Shown here: positions 18,137-27,287 of the stretch, piece by piece | How the letters are laid out: the number at the start of each line of letters is the position of its first letter | How positions within the stretch are numbered: the first letter of the stretch is position 1 | From: Thermoplasmata archaeon | GTDB lineage: Archaea; Thermoplasmatota; Thermoplasmata; Lutacidiplasmatales; UBA184 | Assembly: GCA_021809545.1 (NCBI GenBank) | Contig: JAKAYL010000003.1 | Span: 4,990 to 68,989, forward strand | Direction: 5' to 3' | DNA length: 64,000 nt | Position numbers and translations under genes: made by a program | Notes under the pieces: generated by a model | Told to the model about the DNA's origin: nothing | The model's input: the letters and a program-made list of their open reading frames with translations, nothing else | The model's database searches: none

Positions 18137-20914
18137 ATGAGCGACCACCTCGAGCCTCCCCCACAGAAGGGAAAGCCGGCTCCGATCAAGGAGTGGGCAG
18201 GTTCGAAGGCCGCTTCCGCATCGAAGGGAAGGGACTCCACCCGCCCCGCGCTCAAGAAGAAGGGCCGGCCCATGGCTACGAGGAAAGGCTCCTTCAGGGC
18301 ACAGAGCGTGACGCCCTCGAAGGGCTACACCCCTGCCGTCCCCTTCCTCCTGTTGCTGGTGGCCGGACTTCTCACGTTGGGCTGGGGCATCGTGATGGTC
18401 GCGGGGGATGCGACCTCGAGCGTGGGCTGGGTTGTGATCTACGCCGGAGTGGTTGGGGTCATGGTCGTTGTCGGTTGGTTCGCTCCCTGGCTCACCCCCC
18501 TCGTAGCGGGCTCTCGACCCGCGGTGAGATCGGACCGGTCCCCCCCCGGTCGGACCCAGGCCCCCAAGGAACGGGCGGAAGGTGGGCCCGCGCCGCGCCC
18601 ACGCACCCGCCTCGGAGAGATCCTTCTGGGATTCGAAGAGGGGGCTCCGTTGCTCTTCTTCGGGATCATCTTCCTCATTCTCGCCCTCCTCTTCTGGGGG
18701 AGCTACGCCCACATCGGTGAGCGCTTCTATCCGCTGTGGATCGTCTTCCTGTTGGTGGGTGGAATCGCGACCGTGGGCGGAACGGTCGCCGCCTTCGTTC
18801 CCGAGGACGAGGAAGGGGAACTCCCCAAGAGTACCGAAGACTATGTTGTCGTCGAGCGCAGCGAGTGGGTCGCCACCAGGACTCAGGTGAGGAACCTCAA
18901 GACGCTCGTAGCCAAGGTCTCGGCGCAGGAACTGGTGGCCACGACGCTCAAGCAGGAGCCGTCCGTCCGGGTGGGTTCTCCCTCGCTCGAGCAAGTGGGA
19001 AAGTATGCCGACTCGCAAGGGGCCAAGCTCGAGGCCCTTCGGATGGCTCTCTCCCGAGAGCTTGAGGAAAGCAAGAGGGAGGGCCGCAGCATCGACCTAG
19101 AGAAGACCCTCGCCCCCATCTTGCGTGCCGAGACCGCCCCCGGTCCCGCGACCAGCGCTCTGGAGCAACCTTCCCCCGCATCGACAGCACCCCGTCCCGC
19201 GGAGGCACTCGACCGGAGGGCCCGAGAGGACATCATCGCCACGTCCGGGATGCAATTCCTTTCTCCTCGGAGCAGCGCCATGGAGTGGGAGATCTCCGCT
19301 TTCCGCACCGCGTTGACCACCGGCACATCTCGCAAACCCGGGGAGCCCGGGCGGGAGTACGTGCTTCGCGGGGCCCTGGAATCGGCCCGCACTGGGGGCC
19401 GCGTTCCCAATCCCGAAACATTGGTCTCCGCTCTGGGAGAAACTCTCCAGGAATCGTCGAAGATACTGAATCCCCGGCAGCAGGTGGAACTCTCCCGGGC
19501 GCTCGAAGGGGAGTCCCGTCAGATGCAATCCTTGCTCAAGATTCCGAGAAATCCCGGGGAATCGCTGCGGGATTACGTCCTTCGAGCGGAGGAAGTCTTC
19601 CATGTCTTGGAGAAGACCTCGACGGGACCCGCCCCGCTCCGGAGCCCAACGGCGAGCCTGCAATGGTCCCTCACCCTGTTCCGCGGGTTCCTCGAAAGCT
19701 ACCTCGGGAAGCAGAGGACCCTGGATATCGTGGACCATATTGCCCGGCAGGCGGAATCCGGGAACATCGTCCCGGAAGCCGGGGGACGGAAGGGCGACGA
19801 ACTACTGGTCTATGCCAAACTGGTGAAGAATTCCCTCTTTGCCCTCGTACCCGCGGCCATCTCCCGGCCGGAGGCGGACCGGATCGTCCGCGAATTCGAT
19901 GTCTTTGTCGCAGACCTGATCGGCCCCTCCGGAGAGGAGACTCCGGGAAAGGATCCGGAAGCCCCGAGTCCGAAGGTGACCTCCGAGAAAGTGAACAAGC
20001 TGTTCGAGAGCCTGCTCTCCAAACCTGCGATTCCCCCGGCAGGTAGGGCTCCCGTTCCTCCCCCCGCGCCTGAGGCACGGGCGAAGCCCATCGTGGTAAC
20101 TCCGGTCCCGGTCGTTGAAGCTCCTTCCGAGCCTACGCTGACAGCGGTGGACTGGGAAGCGTCTTGCTTTCGCGCAGCCCAGTCGACCGCGCTCCTTCGG
20201 AATCCCAACGAGGCGCCCAAGGACTACCTGGCCCGCGCCAACAACCTCACCGGTTCCTCGGTCCACCCCTCTCCGTTGGAGGTGGCAAGCGCCATTTCCA
20301 GTTCGTTGACCGAGGCTCACCGCAGTCTCAGCGACCGCCAGATGTCGGATCTCGGCAAGATCTTGGATGACGCGAGCCGGAAGTGGTCCGAGGCGGTCAA
20401 GGTGCCGTGGAACCCGGGAGAGTCGCTCTTGGAGTACTCTGTCCGGGTGAAGGGCGTCCTTGAGGCCCTGGCCCGGACCGCGGTGGAGCCTCAGGCGCAA
20501 AAGGACCTGGCCGGACTTCAGTGGTCTCTGACCCTCTTCCGCGGCTTCCTCGAGGGATACTTCGGGAAACTGAGCGCCGAGGAGATCGTGCGGGACGTCG
20601 AGACCAGCGCCACCGTCCCGGGAGCCCAGCGTCCGGTCGCAGCGGACGAACTCTCGAACTACGCCCAACTGGTCCGCAACTCGCTCCGCGTCCTGGTCAC
20701 CAAGGGATTCGACTCCGCCACCATTGACGAGGTGCTGAAGGAATTCGACGTCTTCGTTTCGGAGATCCGCGAGACCTCAGGGCGGGAGTACGCGCATTCC
20801 CCCGACGAGTGGAGGGAAGAGCAGCGCAACCCCAAGGAGGACATCGACCGGCTTTTCCGCAAGGTGGTGCAGAAGACTTCGGGAACGGTCGCGGAGAGCG
20901 AGAAGAAGGACTAG
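18137..20914 (+). CDS. large membrane-anchored protein with an internally duplicated ~280-aa module (no recognised domain)
   Basis: 925 aa: basic disordered N-terminus, two hydrophobic hairpins (aa ~70-125 and ~165-225), then two tandem homologous modules each containing NPGESL...LQWSLTLFRGFLE(S/G)Y(L/F)GK...VREFDVFV(A/S)(D/E)(L/I). The repeat is visible at the DNA level (19552 vs 20413). Confidence 0.5.
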   Translation: MSDHLEPPPQKGKPAPIKEWAGSKAASASKGRDSTRPALKKKGRPMATRKGSFRAQSVTPSKGYTPAVPFLLLLVAGLLTLGWGIVMVAGDATSSVGWVVIYAGVVGVMVVVGWFAPWLTPLVAGSRPAVRSDRSPPGRTQAPKERAEGGPAPRPRTRLGEILLGFEEGAPLLFFGIIFLILALLFWGSYAHIGERFYPLWIVFLLVGGIATVGGTVAAFVPEDEEGELPKSTEDYVVVERSEWVATRTQVRNLKTLVAKVSAQELVATTLKQEPSVRVGSPSLEQVGKYADSQGAKLEALRMALSRELEESKREGRSIDLEKTLAPILRAETAPGPATSALEQPSPASTAPRPAEALDRRAREDIIATSGMQFLSPRSSAMEWEISAFRTALTTGTSRKPGEPGREYVLRGALESARTGGRVPNPETLVSALGETLQESSKILNPRQQVELSRALEGESRQMQSLLKIPRNPGESLRDYVLRAEEVFHVLEKTSTGPAPLRSPTASLQWSLTLFRGFLESYLGKQRTLDIVDHIARQAESGNIVPEAGGRKGDELLVYAKLVKNSLFALVPAAISRPEADRIVREFDVFVADLIGPSGEETPGKDPEAPSPKVTSEKVNKLFESLLSKPAIPPAGRAPVPPPAPEARAKPIVVTPVPVVEAPSEPTLTAVDWEASCFRAAQSTALLRNPNEAPKDYLARANNLTGSSVHPSPLEVASAISSSLTEAHRSLSDRQMSDLGKILDDASRKWSEAVKVPWNPGESLLEYSVRVKGVLEALARTAVEPQAQKDLAGLQWSLTLFRGFLEGYFGKLSAEEIVRDVETSATVPGAQRPVAADELSNYAQLVRNSLRVLVTKGFDSATIDEVLKEFDVFVSEIRETSGREYAHSPDEWREEQRNPKEDIDRLFRKVVQKTSGTVAESEKKD

Positions 20915-21678
20915 TGCTTTCCTTCGCCGGATGCGCTGACGATCCCCTCTTCTCCGACGTTCACACGGATCAGGCCCGTGGACTCCGGGTGGTTGCGCAC
21001 CTTTTCGATGGCGACGGCGTAGCGGAAATTGGCGGAGCGTTCCTCCACCTCGAGGCTGAGGAGCACGTCCGCGATGGTCTCCAGTGTCCCAGTGACCCGG
21101 TTGTCGTGGATCTGCGGGGTCAGGGTCATGATCGCCCGTCCCCCGACCCGCTGGGCCCGGTAGCGGATCTGACGCACCATCGAGATCACGTCACTGGCCT
21201 CCGCCTGTTCCAGGAAGAAGTCCAGGGAATCGACCACGAGGCGGAAGGGCTTGTCGAGGGTCGCAATGTCGTTGATCATGCGGGTGACGAAGTTCACCCG
21301 CTTCTCCTTGATCCCCTTCATCGTGAACTGGGAGATGTCCTCCGGGGAGATGCCCATCTCCCGGAACCGGCTCACCTCGAGGTTGAGGGAGAGCACCTGG
21401 TCGTAGTACTCCTCGAGGATGTTCACTAGGTTGATATTCTCCTTCCAGCCAAACCCGCGGAGCGCCGCGAGGACATCCTCCGTCCTCTCGATGGTCGTGT
21501 AGTAGTAGACGGGCACCTTCTCGGGCGCGAACCCCGTGAATTGCTTGGCCAGAAGCTCGATCCCGCTCCCGGGAGCCCCGGTGAGGATACCGGCCCACCC
21601 CTTCGGGAGGACCCCTCCCAGTTGAGAATCGATCTCAGGGATCCCGAAGATGGCTTCGGTGGGTCCCTTGGTTTTCAC
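20911..21678 (-). CDS. KaiC/RecA-superfamily ATPase-like protein (degenerate Walker A)
   Basis: 255 aa, IFGIPEIDSQLGGVLPKGWAGILTGAPGSGIELLAKQF (KaiC-like N-terminus; the P-loop lysine is missing). Third gene of a 3-gene overlapping operon. Confidence 0.5.
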   Translation of the reverse strand: MKTKGPTEAIFGIPEIDSQLGGVLPKGWAGILTGAPGSGIELLAKQFTGFAPEKVPVYYYTTIERTEDVLAALRGFGWKENINLVNILEEYYDQVLSLNLEVSRFREMGISPEDISQFTMKGIKEKRVNFVTRMINDIATLDKPFRLVVDSLDFFLEQAEASDVISMVRQIRYRAQRVGGRAIMTLTPQIHDNRVTGTLETIADVLLSLEVEERSANFRYAVAIEKVRNHPESTGLIRVNVGEEGIVSASGEGKH

Positions 21679-22274
21679 TTCGGGGCCTCCACCTGGAGCG
21701 TTATGTTCGCATCGCAGATCAGCGAAAGCACGTTCGAGAGCTCGGGCGCCGTCTCCTCGATGACCGTGAGGATGACCGTGACCGCCCCGAGGGACTTCAG
21801 CTTGTTCACCAGGATGTGGAGGAATTCCTGGAGGATCCGGTTGTTGTTGTGGATGGCGAGCGAGCTCACCGAATCGATGACCACGATCTTCTTCTCGCTG
21901 GTATTTCTCCGGAGAAGGTACTCGACCCGCAACATGATGGTCTCGAGCATCGTCGGGCTCTCAACGTAGGTGGTGTTCGAGGACCGGTTCCCTTTCCCTA
22001 CCATCATGTAGCTCGTGACATCGACGAACGACACGTTGCTGGTCGGGATGTCCACGGACCCCAGGATGTCGATGAGGAGCGAGGCCGGGTTGGTCACCGA
22101 GACGTACACGGTATAGCCCCGGACCTCCATGACGTACTCCCGGAGGACCGAGGAGAGCGTTGCGAAGTAGCTGTCCGTGTAGCTCGCACTGTGCATCCGG
22201 ACCAGCACCGCGGAACCGCTGGGCATGCTCCGGAGGCCCTCCGTCAATTGTGCCGAGGTGGCTTCCTCACCCAT
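21675..22274 (-). CDS. KaiC/RecA-superfamily-like protein, no Walker A (likely inactive paralog)
   Basis: 199 aa, same architecture and length class as its neighbours (..IVVIDSVSSLAI.. Walker-B-like). Overlaps both neighbours by 4 and 8 nt. Confidence 0.4.
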   Translation of the reverse strand: MGEEATSAQLTEGLRSMPSGSAVLVRMHSASYTDSYFATLSSVLREYVMEVRGYTVYVSVTNPASLLIDILGSVDIPTSNVSFVDVTSYMMVGKGNRSSNTTYVESPTMLETIMLRVEYLLRRNTSEKKIVVIDSVSSLAIHNNNRILQEFLHILVNKLKSLGAVTVILTVIEETAPELSNVLSLICDANITLQVEAPK

Positions 22275-23037
22275 TGTTGGTGGACTCCCTCCCGCCCCCC
22301 TTGAGGAAGGGGGCCAAGAAGATCCCGAGCGGAGTGATCTCGATCACATACTGGGCCCGGCTGTGCTGGGCCCCGCGCACCTTGATGATCTGCAGTGTCC
22401 GAAGGAGGTCCCCGTGCCTCTGCATGTTGCCGAGGAGAATGACCCCGTCCGCGATGTTCTCCTCCACCCCGTAGAGGGAGTACCGGTCGGCCTGGGGGCC
22501 GATCTCGCTCACGAGCAGGGTGGTGCAGACGATGTCGGAAAGCGACTTTCCCAGCTTCAGGATGAAGTCACGGATCTTCTCCTCGTGCCGGATGCGGAAG
22601 CACACGGAGGTGACCGAATCGAGCACGAGACGCTGGATCTTCAGGGTGCTCGCCAGGTCCACGATGGCCCCGATGAGGAGATCGATGTCCTCGGGCGTGA
22701 GCTCCTGCTTGGTCAGCCCCAGCTTCTCGTAGAGGATGGGGATGTCGATGAACACCAGCCGTCCCTCGTCGATGATCTTCTTGTCGAAGAACTCGAAGGT
22801 GGAGAGGTTCTCGATGATGCGTTCGGAAGCCTCGGTGACCGAGAGGAACATGGACTTCTCACCGGCGAGCGCTCCGCGCACGAGGTACTCCAGACCGAGC
22901 GTAGTCTTTCCCGTGCCACAGCTCCCGGTCAACAGGACCGTGCAACCCCGCGGGATGCCGCCATCCAGAATGTTGTCAAGTCCCTCGATGCCCGTAGGAC
23001 ACCGTGGAAGGTTGACCTTGGAATTGGGAGCCGCCAC
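22267..23037 (-). CDS. KaiC/RecA-superfamily ATPase (canonical Walker A)
   Basis: CPTGIEGLDNILDGGIPRGCTVLLTGSCGTGKTTLGLEYL, Walker B LVFIDI/LVLDSVTS. Likely start is the GTG at 23037 just downstream of an AT-rich TATA-like element (23050-23075); the listed 376-aa ORF has an R/S/P-rich unsupported N-terminus. Confidence 0.6.
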   Translation of the reverse strand: MAAPNSKVNLPRCPTGIEGLDNILDGGIPRGCTVLLTGSCGTGKTTLGLEYLVRGALAGEKSMFLSVTEASERIIENLSTFEFFDKKIIDEGRLVFIDIPILYEKLGLTKQELTPEDIDLLIGAIVDLASTLKIQRLVLDSVTSVCFRIRHEEKIRDFILKLGKSLSDIVCTTLLVSEIGPQADRYSLYGVEENIADGVILLGNMQRHGDLLRTLQIIKVRGAQHSRAQYVIEITPLGIFLAPFLKGGGRESTNNG

Positions 23038-23182
23038 AATGTAGACCAACAATAGCAAAGTTAAAAGATTATTCTCCAAGCAAGGAAGCCGAGTCGGTTC
23101 CCTCACCTTTCGATGGGCAAAAGAGGAATCCCGCTGGGAGAATGAGCCAGCCGGACGATTCCGGGCGCTGGATTGGTCTCGA

Positions 23183-25678
23183 TTAGCCCTCTGGGAGCCC
23201 GGTTTCTGTAGATTTCTGGGTCCTGGCCGCGGGCGATCCCTGAGGAGCTGGGTCAAATTCGCAGGGTAGGTTCTCCAGTCCGTGTCGCGAGAGCACCCAA
23301 ACGCGAGCTCCCCCTTCCCGCTGGGACCGCACGAGCACACCCTGGCGAGACAATTCCCTCCCGAGCTCGCGGACGAGAACCTCGTCGCCTTGGGCAAGTT
23401 CCCGGATGTGAGCGAGAGAGACCGTGAGCTCTTCGCCGGGCATCGAGCAGAGGCTCGCTTTTAGGACGGAGAGCAGTTCCTCGGTTGGCGACCGCGCTCC
23501 GGCGGGGGCGGTCTCGGGAGGACCCTTGGGCGCAGCTTCCTGCCCCCTGGACCAGAACGCCTTGGAATTTTCCCGCACTTGATCCCGCCGCGGAGAAGTT
23601 CGCTCCGGGTCGGCTCGCGGGGACGTTTGGGGGGGGAGCGTACGAACGCGGACCGCGGAGCCGGCCTTTCCGAGAAAGGCGACGACCTCGCCCTTCCCCA
23701 GCGAGAGCAAGCTCTCCTCAGGGGGCAGCCCCAGCTCCTCCCGGGCAAATCGGGCATCTGAAGGGGACCCCCGGAACAGGACCAGGTCCCGGGCGTTGGT
23801 CAGGAGCGCATCCCGGGCTTCCTTGGGAAGCCCCGAGACGGATTGCGTTGCTGCCCACACGTGGAGACCGTACCTTCGGCCCAGCCGAAGCATCTCGATC
23901 AGGGACTCGTTGGCGTACTCCTGGATCTCGTCTAGTAGCAAGACCACCTTCCCGCGGGGACCTTTCCGGCTCACAATACGGGACCAAACGAGAGATAGCA
24001 TCAGGGAGCCGAGGTAGGAGGCTCCCCTTCCTCCGATCTGAGCACGGTCCATGGAGAGCAGCGTGATGTTCCCCGGCTGCAGGGCCTGCGAAAGGTCCCA
24101 GCGCGGGTTCCGGGAGGCCAGGATCTCTGCCAGTGACGGCGAGAGCGTGACCTCGCTGAGGACGCGACGGGCGCCCTCCATGTCCTCGGGACGCTCACGC
24201 TGGAGCCGTTCGAGCAGTTCCCGAGATTCTCGCTCCTCGGAACCTTCCGAGGAGAGATAGGTCTCGGCCGCTCGGGGGTCCTCCAAGATGGCTACGGCAT
24301 CGGAGAGCGTAGTGCCTTTTCGGTAGCTGAGATACAGGAAGATCCGCGTGAGCAAGTCCTCGATCCGCGGTCCCCAGTAGAAGGTCTCTCCGTAGCGCTC
24401 TGCCCGGACCCTCCGGAAGGCCGTCACCAGCTCCCCCACCAACCGTTCCCGCTGGAGGGAGGCTGCTCTGGGATCCGGATCGAAATCGAATTGGAGGGCG
24501 TTCTGGGCCACGGGAGAACTCCCCGGGGAGATCCAGAGGGCCCGAGCGAGCCGAGAAGGGTCCAACGACTCAAGGAGGTCCGCCACGGTATCTCCCAGGG
24601 GATCGAAAACGATGAGGGCAGTGTCTGGGCCGAGAACTCGAGCCGCCAGACGTACCAGGAGAGTGCTCTTTCCCATCCCGGTCTCTCCCGCCACGAGTAG
24701 GTGGTGCCCCTCGGCCCTGTTCCAGGGGAGGGCGACCTCGGTTCCGAGCGGATCGGATCCGAGGACCAGACCACTTCGATCGGCGATTCCCTTCCTCAAG
24801 GGGGGAAAGGACTCCGTGGCGGTGGGGAACCAGGCCATCGTTTCGGGGGTCGAAAGCACTCCTGCTTTCCTCCACAGGCGTTCTCGCTCGCTGACGAATC
24901 GGGCACTGACGTGTCGCTCGAGGATCTGACGTCGTCCCCACCGTGTCCGCGGCCACTTCAGGGTGAAGCCCGAACCGCCGGGCTGTGTGGTGAGCGACTC
25001 TACGAGACGGGTGAGGAGCCTGCGGTGTTGGAGTTCCTCCTCGGCTTGGCTAGACTTTCCGGGGTCGCTCCAGAGGAGCACAGCTCCCCCCACGGTCCAC
25101 AATTGATCCATCGTCCGCTCTGCGCGCTGGTCCAGCAACTGGCGTCCCGGGGTGTGGGAGGGGAGGTCAACGGTCCGTCTCACCTCGCTCGAGACCGAGG
25201 GAGGTCTCGACCCACCGTGGGGGGTGAGGATGACCTTCAGGTGAAAGTTCCAGTCCCCGCCCAGGTCGGCGGAGAGGATCCCTTCCCAAACGGGAAGGAT
25301 ACTCTCGCGAAGAAGGGACTGCGAAGGGAACGGCCCCTGTGGGGCCAAACCTGCGGGAACCAATTCGGCTACGCTCCCTGAGAGCAGGGCTTTTCCCGGG
25401 GGGACGTAGACCGTCGGCTCCAAACCCCAGTTGCGGTAGATCGGGCGGAGGACCCGCTCGAGATGCGCAGCACCACTTCTCGAACAACTGAGAAGGAGGC
25501 GTCGGGTTCCTTTGGCGACCACGACCTCAAAGGCGACGGGCTGCTCGAGCGCATGGAGGATCCGCCCGGTACCAAGGAGCAGCGCCGCATGCCGGGACGG
25601 GTCCTCAAGGACGGTGGAGGAGGGTGGAAAGAGCCTCCAGGAGGCCACGGAACCGGGATTTTGGGCAAAGAGGACCAT
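23183..25678 (-). CDS. HerA/FtsK/TraD-superfamily (DUF87/AAA_10-like) ATPase with ~330-aa N-terminal domain of unknown function and C-terminal wHTH-like tail
   Basis: Walker A HLLVAGETGMGKSTLL and Walker B VVLLLDEIQEY followed by RRYGLHVWAATQSVSGL (T4CP/HerA-like arginine-finger region). No TM segments. C-terminus LVRELGRELSRQGVLVRSQ is wHTH-like. Confidence 0.5.
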   Translation of the reverse strand: MVLFAQNPGSVASWRLFPPSSTVLEDPSRHAALLLGTGRILHALEQPVAFEVVVAKGTRRLLLSCSRSGAAHLERVLRPIYRNWGLEPTVYVPPGKALLSGSVAELVPAGLAPQGPFPSQSLLRESILPVWEGILSADLGGDWNFHLKVILTPHGGSRPPSVSSEVRRTVDLPSHTPGRQLLDQRAERTMDQLWTVGGAVLLWSDPGKSSQAEEELQHRRLLTRLVESLTTQPGGSGFTLKWPRTRWGRRQILERHVSARFVSERERLWRKAGVLSTPETMAWFPTATESFPPLRKGIADRSGLVLGSDPLGTEVALPWNRAEGHHLLVAGETGMGKSTLLVRLAARVLGPDTALIVFDPLGDTVADLLESLDPSRLARALWISPGSSPVAQNALQFDFDPDPRAASLQRERLVGELVTAFRRVRAERYGETFYWGPRIEDLLTRIFLYLSYRKGTTLSDAVAILEDPRAAETYLSSEGSEERESRELLERLQRERPEDMEGARRVLSEVTLSPSLAEILASRNPRWDLSQALQPGNITLLSMDRAQIGGRGASYLGSLMLSLVWSRIVSRKGPRGKVVLLLDEIQEYANESLIEMLRLGRRYGLHVWAATQSVSGLPKEARDALLTNARDLVLFRGSPSDARFAREELGLPPEESLLSLGKGEVVAFLGKAGSAVRVRTLPPQTSPRADPERTSPRRDQVRENSKAFWSRGQEAAPKGPPETAPAGARSPTEELLSVLKASLCSMPGEELTVSLAHIRELAQGDEVLVRELGRELSRQGVLVRSQREGGARVWVLSRHGLENLPCEFDPAPQGSPAARTQKSTETGLPEG

Positions 25679-25698
25679 GCCCGGGTTTCGTCAAAGAG

Positions 25699-25706
25699 GT
25701 TTAAAC
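25699..25706. promoter_or_regulatory. palindromic TATA element GTTTAAAC shared by divergent genes (HerA-like ATPase at 25678 and drg at 25737)
   Basis: A perfect 8-nt palindrome centred in a 58-nt divergent intergenic region, about 21-28 nt from the minus-strand ATG and 31 nt from the plus-strand ATG (both leaderless). Confidence 0.4.
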
Positions 25707-25736
25707 GGCAACGGAGTACGCCCCGTCTGCTGCGCT

Positions 25737-26858
25737 ATGGGTACTATAGAGGAGGAGATCGAGCGCCTGGAGGAGGAGATTCGCAAGACTCCCCACAACA
25801 AGGCGACCGAGGGACATATCGGCCGTCTTCGGGCCAAGATCGCCTCGCTGCGCCTCGAGCGAGAGAAGCGCTCCAAGGGTGGTGGAGCCGGCCTAGGGTA
25901 CGCGGTCCGAAAGAGCGGGCACGCGACCGTGGCGCTCGTGGGTTTCCCTTCGGTAGGGAAATCGACCCTTCTCACGCGTCTCACGGGCGCCGAGAGTGAA
26001 GCGGCCGCGTACGAGTTCACCACGACCACGATCATTCCGGGCATGCTGCCCTGGCGGGGGGCCAACATCCAGATCCTCGACATGCCGGGTCTCGTGGCCG
26101 GGGCGGCCCACGGACGCGGTCGCGGTCGTGAGGTCATCTCCGTGGCTCGCTCGTCGGACCTGCTCCTCTTCATCATCGACGGAGAGCATCTCGAGGTGCG
26201 AGGGCTGGTCAAGGAGCTGGAGAACGCGGCGATCCGCATCGACCGGGCCCCTCCGGCCATTTCCTACACCAAGGCGGAGAAAGGTGGGGTCCATGTCGAA
26301 TCAACGGTGAAGTTGACCCGCGTGACCCCGAAGCTAGTGACGGACATCGCCCGCGAGTTCGGGATACACAACGCCCTGCTGGTGCTCCGTCAGGACGCGA
26401 CCCTGGACGATGTCATCGATGCGCTCGCGGGGAACCGGGTCTACCTCCCCTCGCTCTGGGTCGTGAACAAGGCGGATCTGCTGGATGCCGCCGCACGGAA
26501 GAAGGTGGCTCAAAAGCTCGCCCCGTTCAAGGTCCATTTCGTCTCCGCCACCACGGGTGAGGGTGTGGAGGAGCTCAAGGACGCCATCGGTTACGCCCTG
26601 GCCTTCATCCGCATCTATCTCAAACCCCAAGGGAAGGAGGCCGACATGACCGAGCCGCTCATCTTGCGGAGGGGGTCCACCATCCGCGATCTCTTGCAGC
26701 GTCTGCCCCATTCCCTTGCTTCCACCTTCGGATCCGCCCTGGTCTGGGGGAAGAGCGCGAAGTTCCCCGGCCAAAGGGTCTCGCGCGAGCACCAGCTCGA
26801 CGACATGGACGTCGTGACGATCGTGATCCAGAGAGGGCGGGGCCCGGCTATCCGTTAG
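25737..26858 (+). CDS. developmentally regulated GTP-binding protein (DRG/Obg-family GTPase with TGS domain)
   Basis: Start MGTIEEEIERLEEEI at ATG 25737. G1 GFPSVGKSTLL, G3 DMPGL, G4 NKAD, and a C-terminal TGS-like region. TATA GTTTAAAC lies 31 nt upstream (leaderless). Confidence 0.75.
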   Translation: MGTIEEEIERLEEEIRKTPHNKATEGHIGRLRAKIASLRLEREKRSKGGGAGLGYAVRKSGHATVALVGFPSVGKSTLLTRLTGAESEAAAYEFTTTTIIPGMLPWRGANIQILDMPGLVAGAAHGRGRGREVISVARSSDLLLFIIDGEHLEVRGLVKELENAAIRIDRAPPAISYTKAEKGGVHVESTVKLTRVTPKLVTDIAREFGIHNALLVLRQDATLDDVIDALAGNRVYLPSLWVVNKADLLDAAARKKVAQKLAPFKVHFVSATTGEGVEELKDAIGYALAFIRIYLKPQGKEADMTEPLILRRGSTIRDLLQRLPHSLASTFGSALVWGKSAKFPGQRVSREHQLDDMDVVTIVIQRGRGPAIR

Positions 26859-27279
26859 TGGGTTCCAGGTCGAGGAGCGTGAGGAGCGGGCCGGACTGCG
26901 TCCGCCCGAACTTCTTATCCTCGAAGACGGTGAGGAGAAGTTCCACGACCACGTGGACGGTTCCCTGGAAGAGATGCCCGCCGACCACGTCATGCGAGCG
27001 GTTCGCGAGGGCGGCGTGCACGTGCAGGTGCGGTTTCCCATCGATGATCGCCAGACTTCCCTGAAGTGAGACGAGTTCGTGGGGTTGCTCGTAGGTGCGC
27101 TCGTCGTAGCGATCCCCGATGAAGTATCCGATGCGGGTTCCCCGCAACATCCCGATCCCCGAGGTAATGAAGGCCCCCGTGACCTTCTCCTCCTCCGCGA
27201 TCTGGAGGATGGAACTCACGAAGTCCTCGCCGCTATCGAGCTTAACCGCGAGGCGCGGACCGTCCCGGTACTTCTGCAT
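26848..27279 (-). CDS. PPC/DUF296 domain DNA-binding protein
   Basis: 143 aa with DUF296 pattern ...GAFITSGIGMLRG...GSLAIIDGKPHLHVHAALAN. Confidence 0.5.
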   Translation of the reverse strand: MQKYRDGPRLAVKLDSGEDFVSSILQIAEEEKVTGAFITSGIGMLRGTRIGYFIGDRYDERTYEQPHELVSLQGSLAIIDGKPHLHVHAALANRSHDVVGGHLFQGTVHVVVELLLTVFEDKKFGRTQSGPLLTLLDLEPTNG

Positions 27280-27287
27280 CCTACGGG

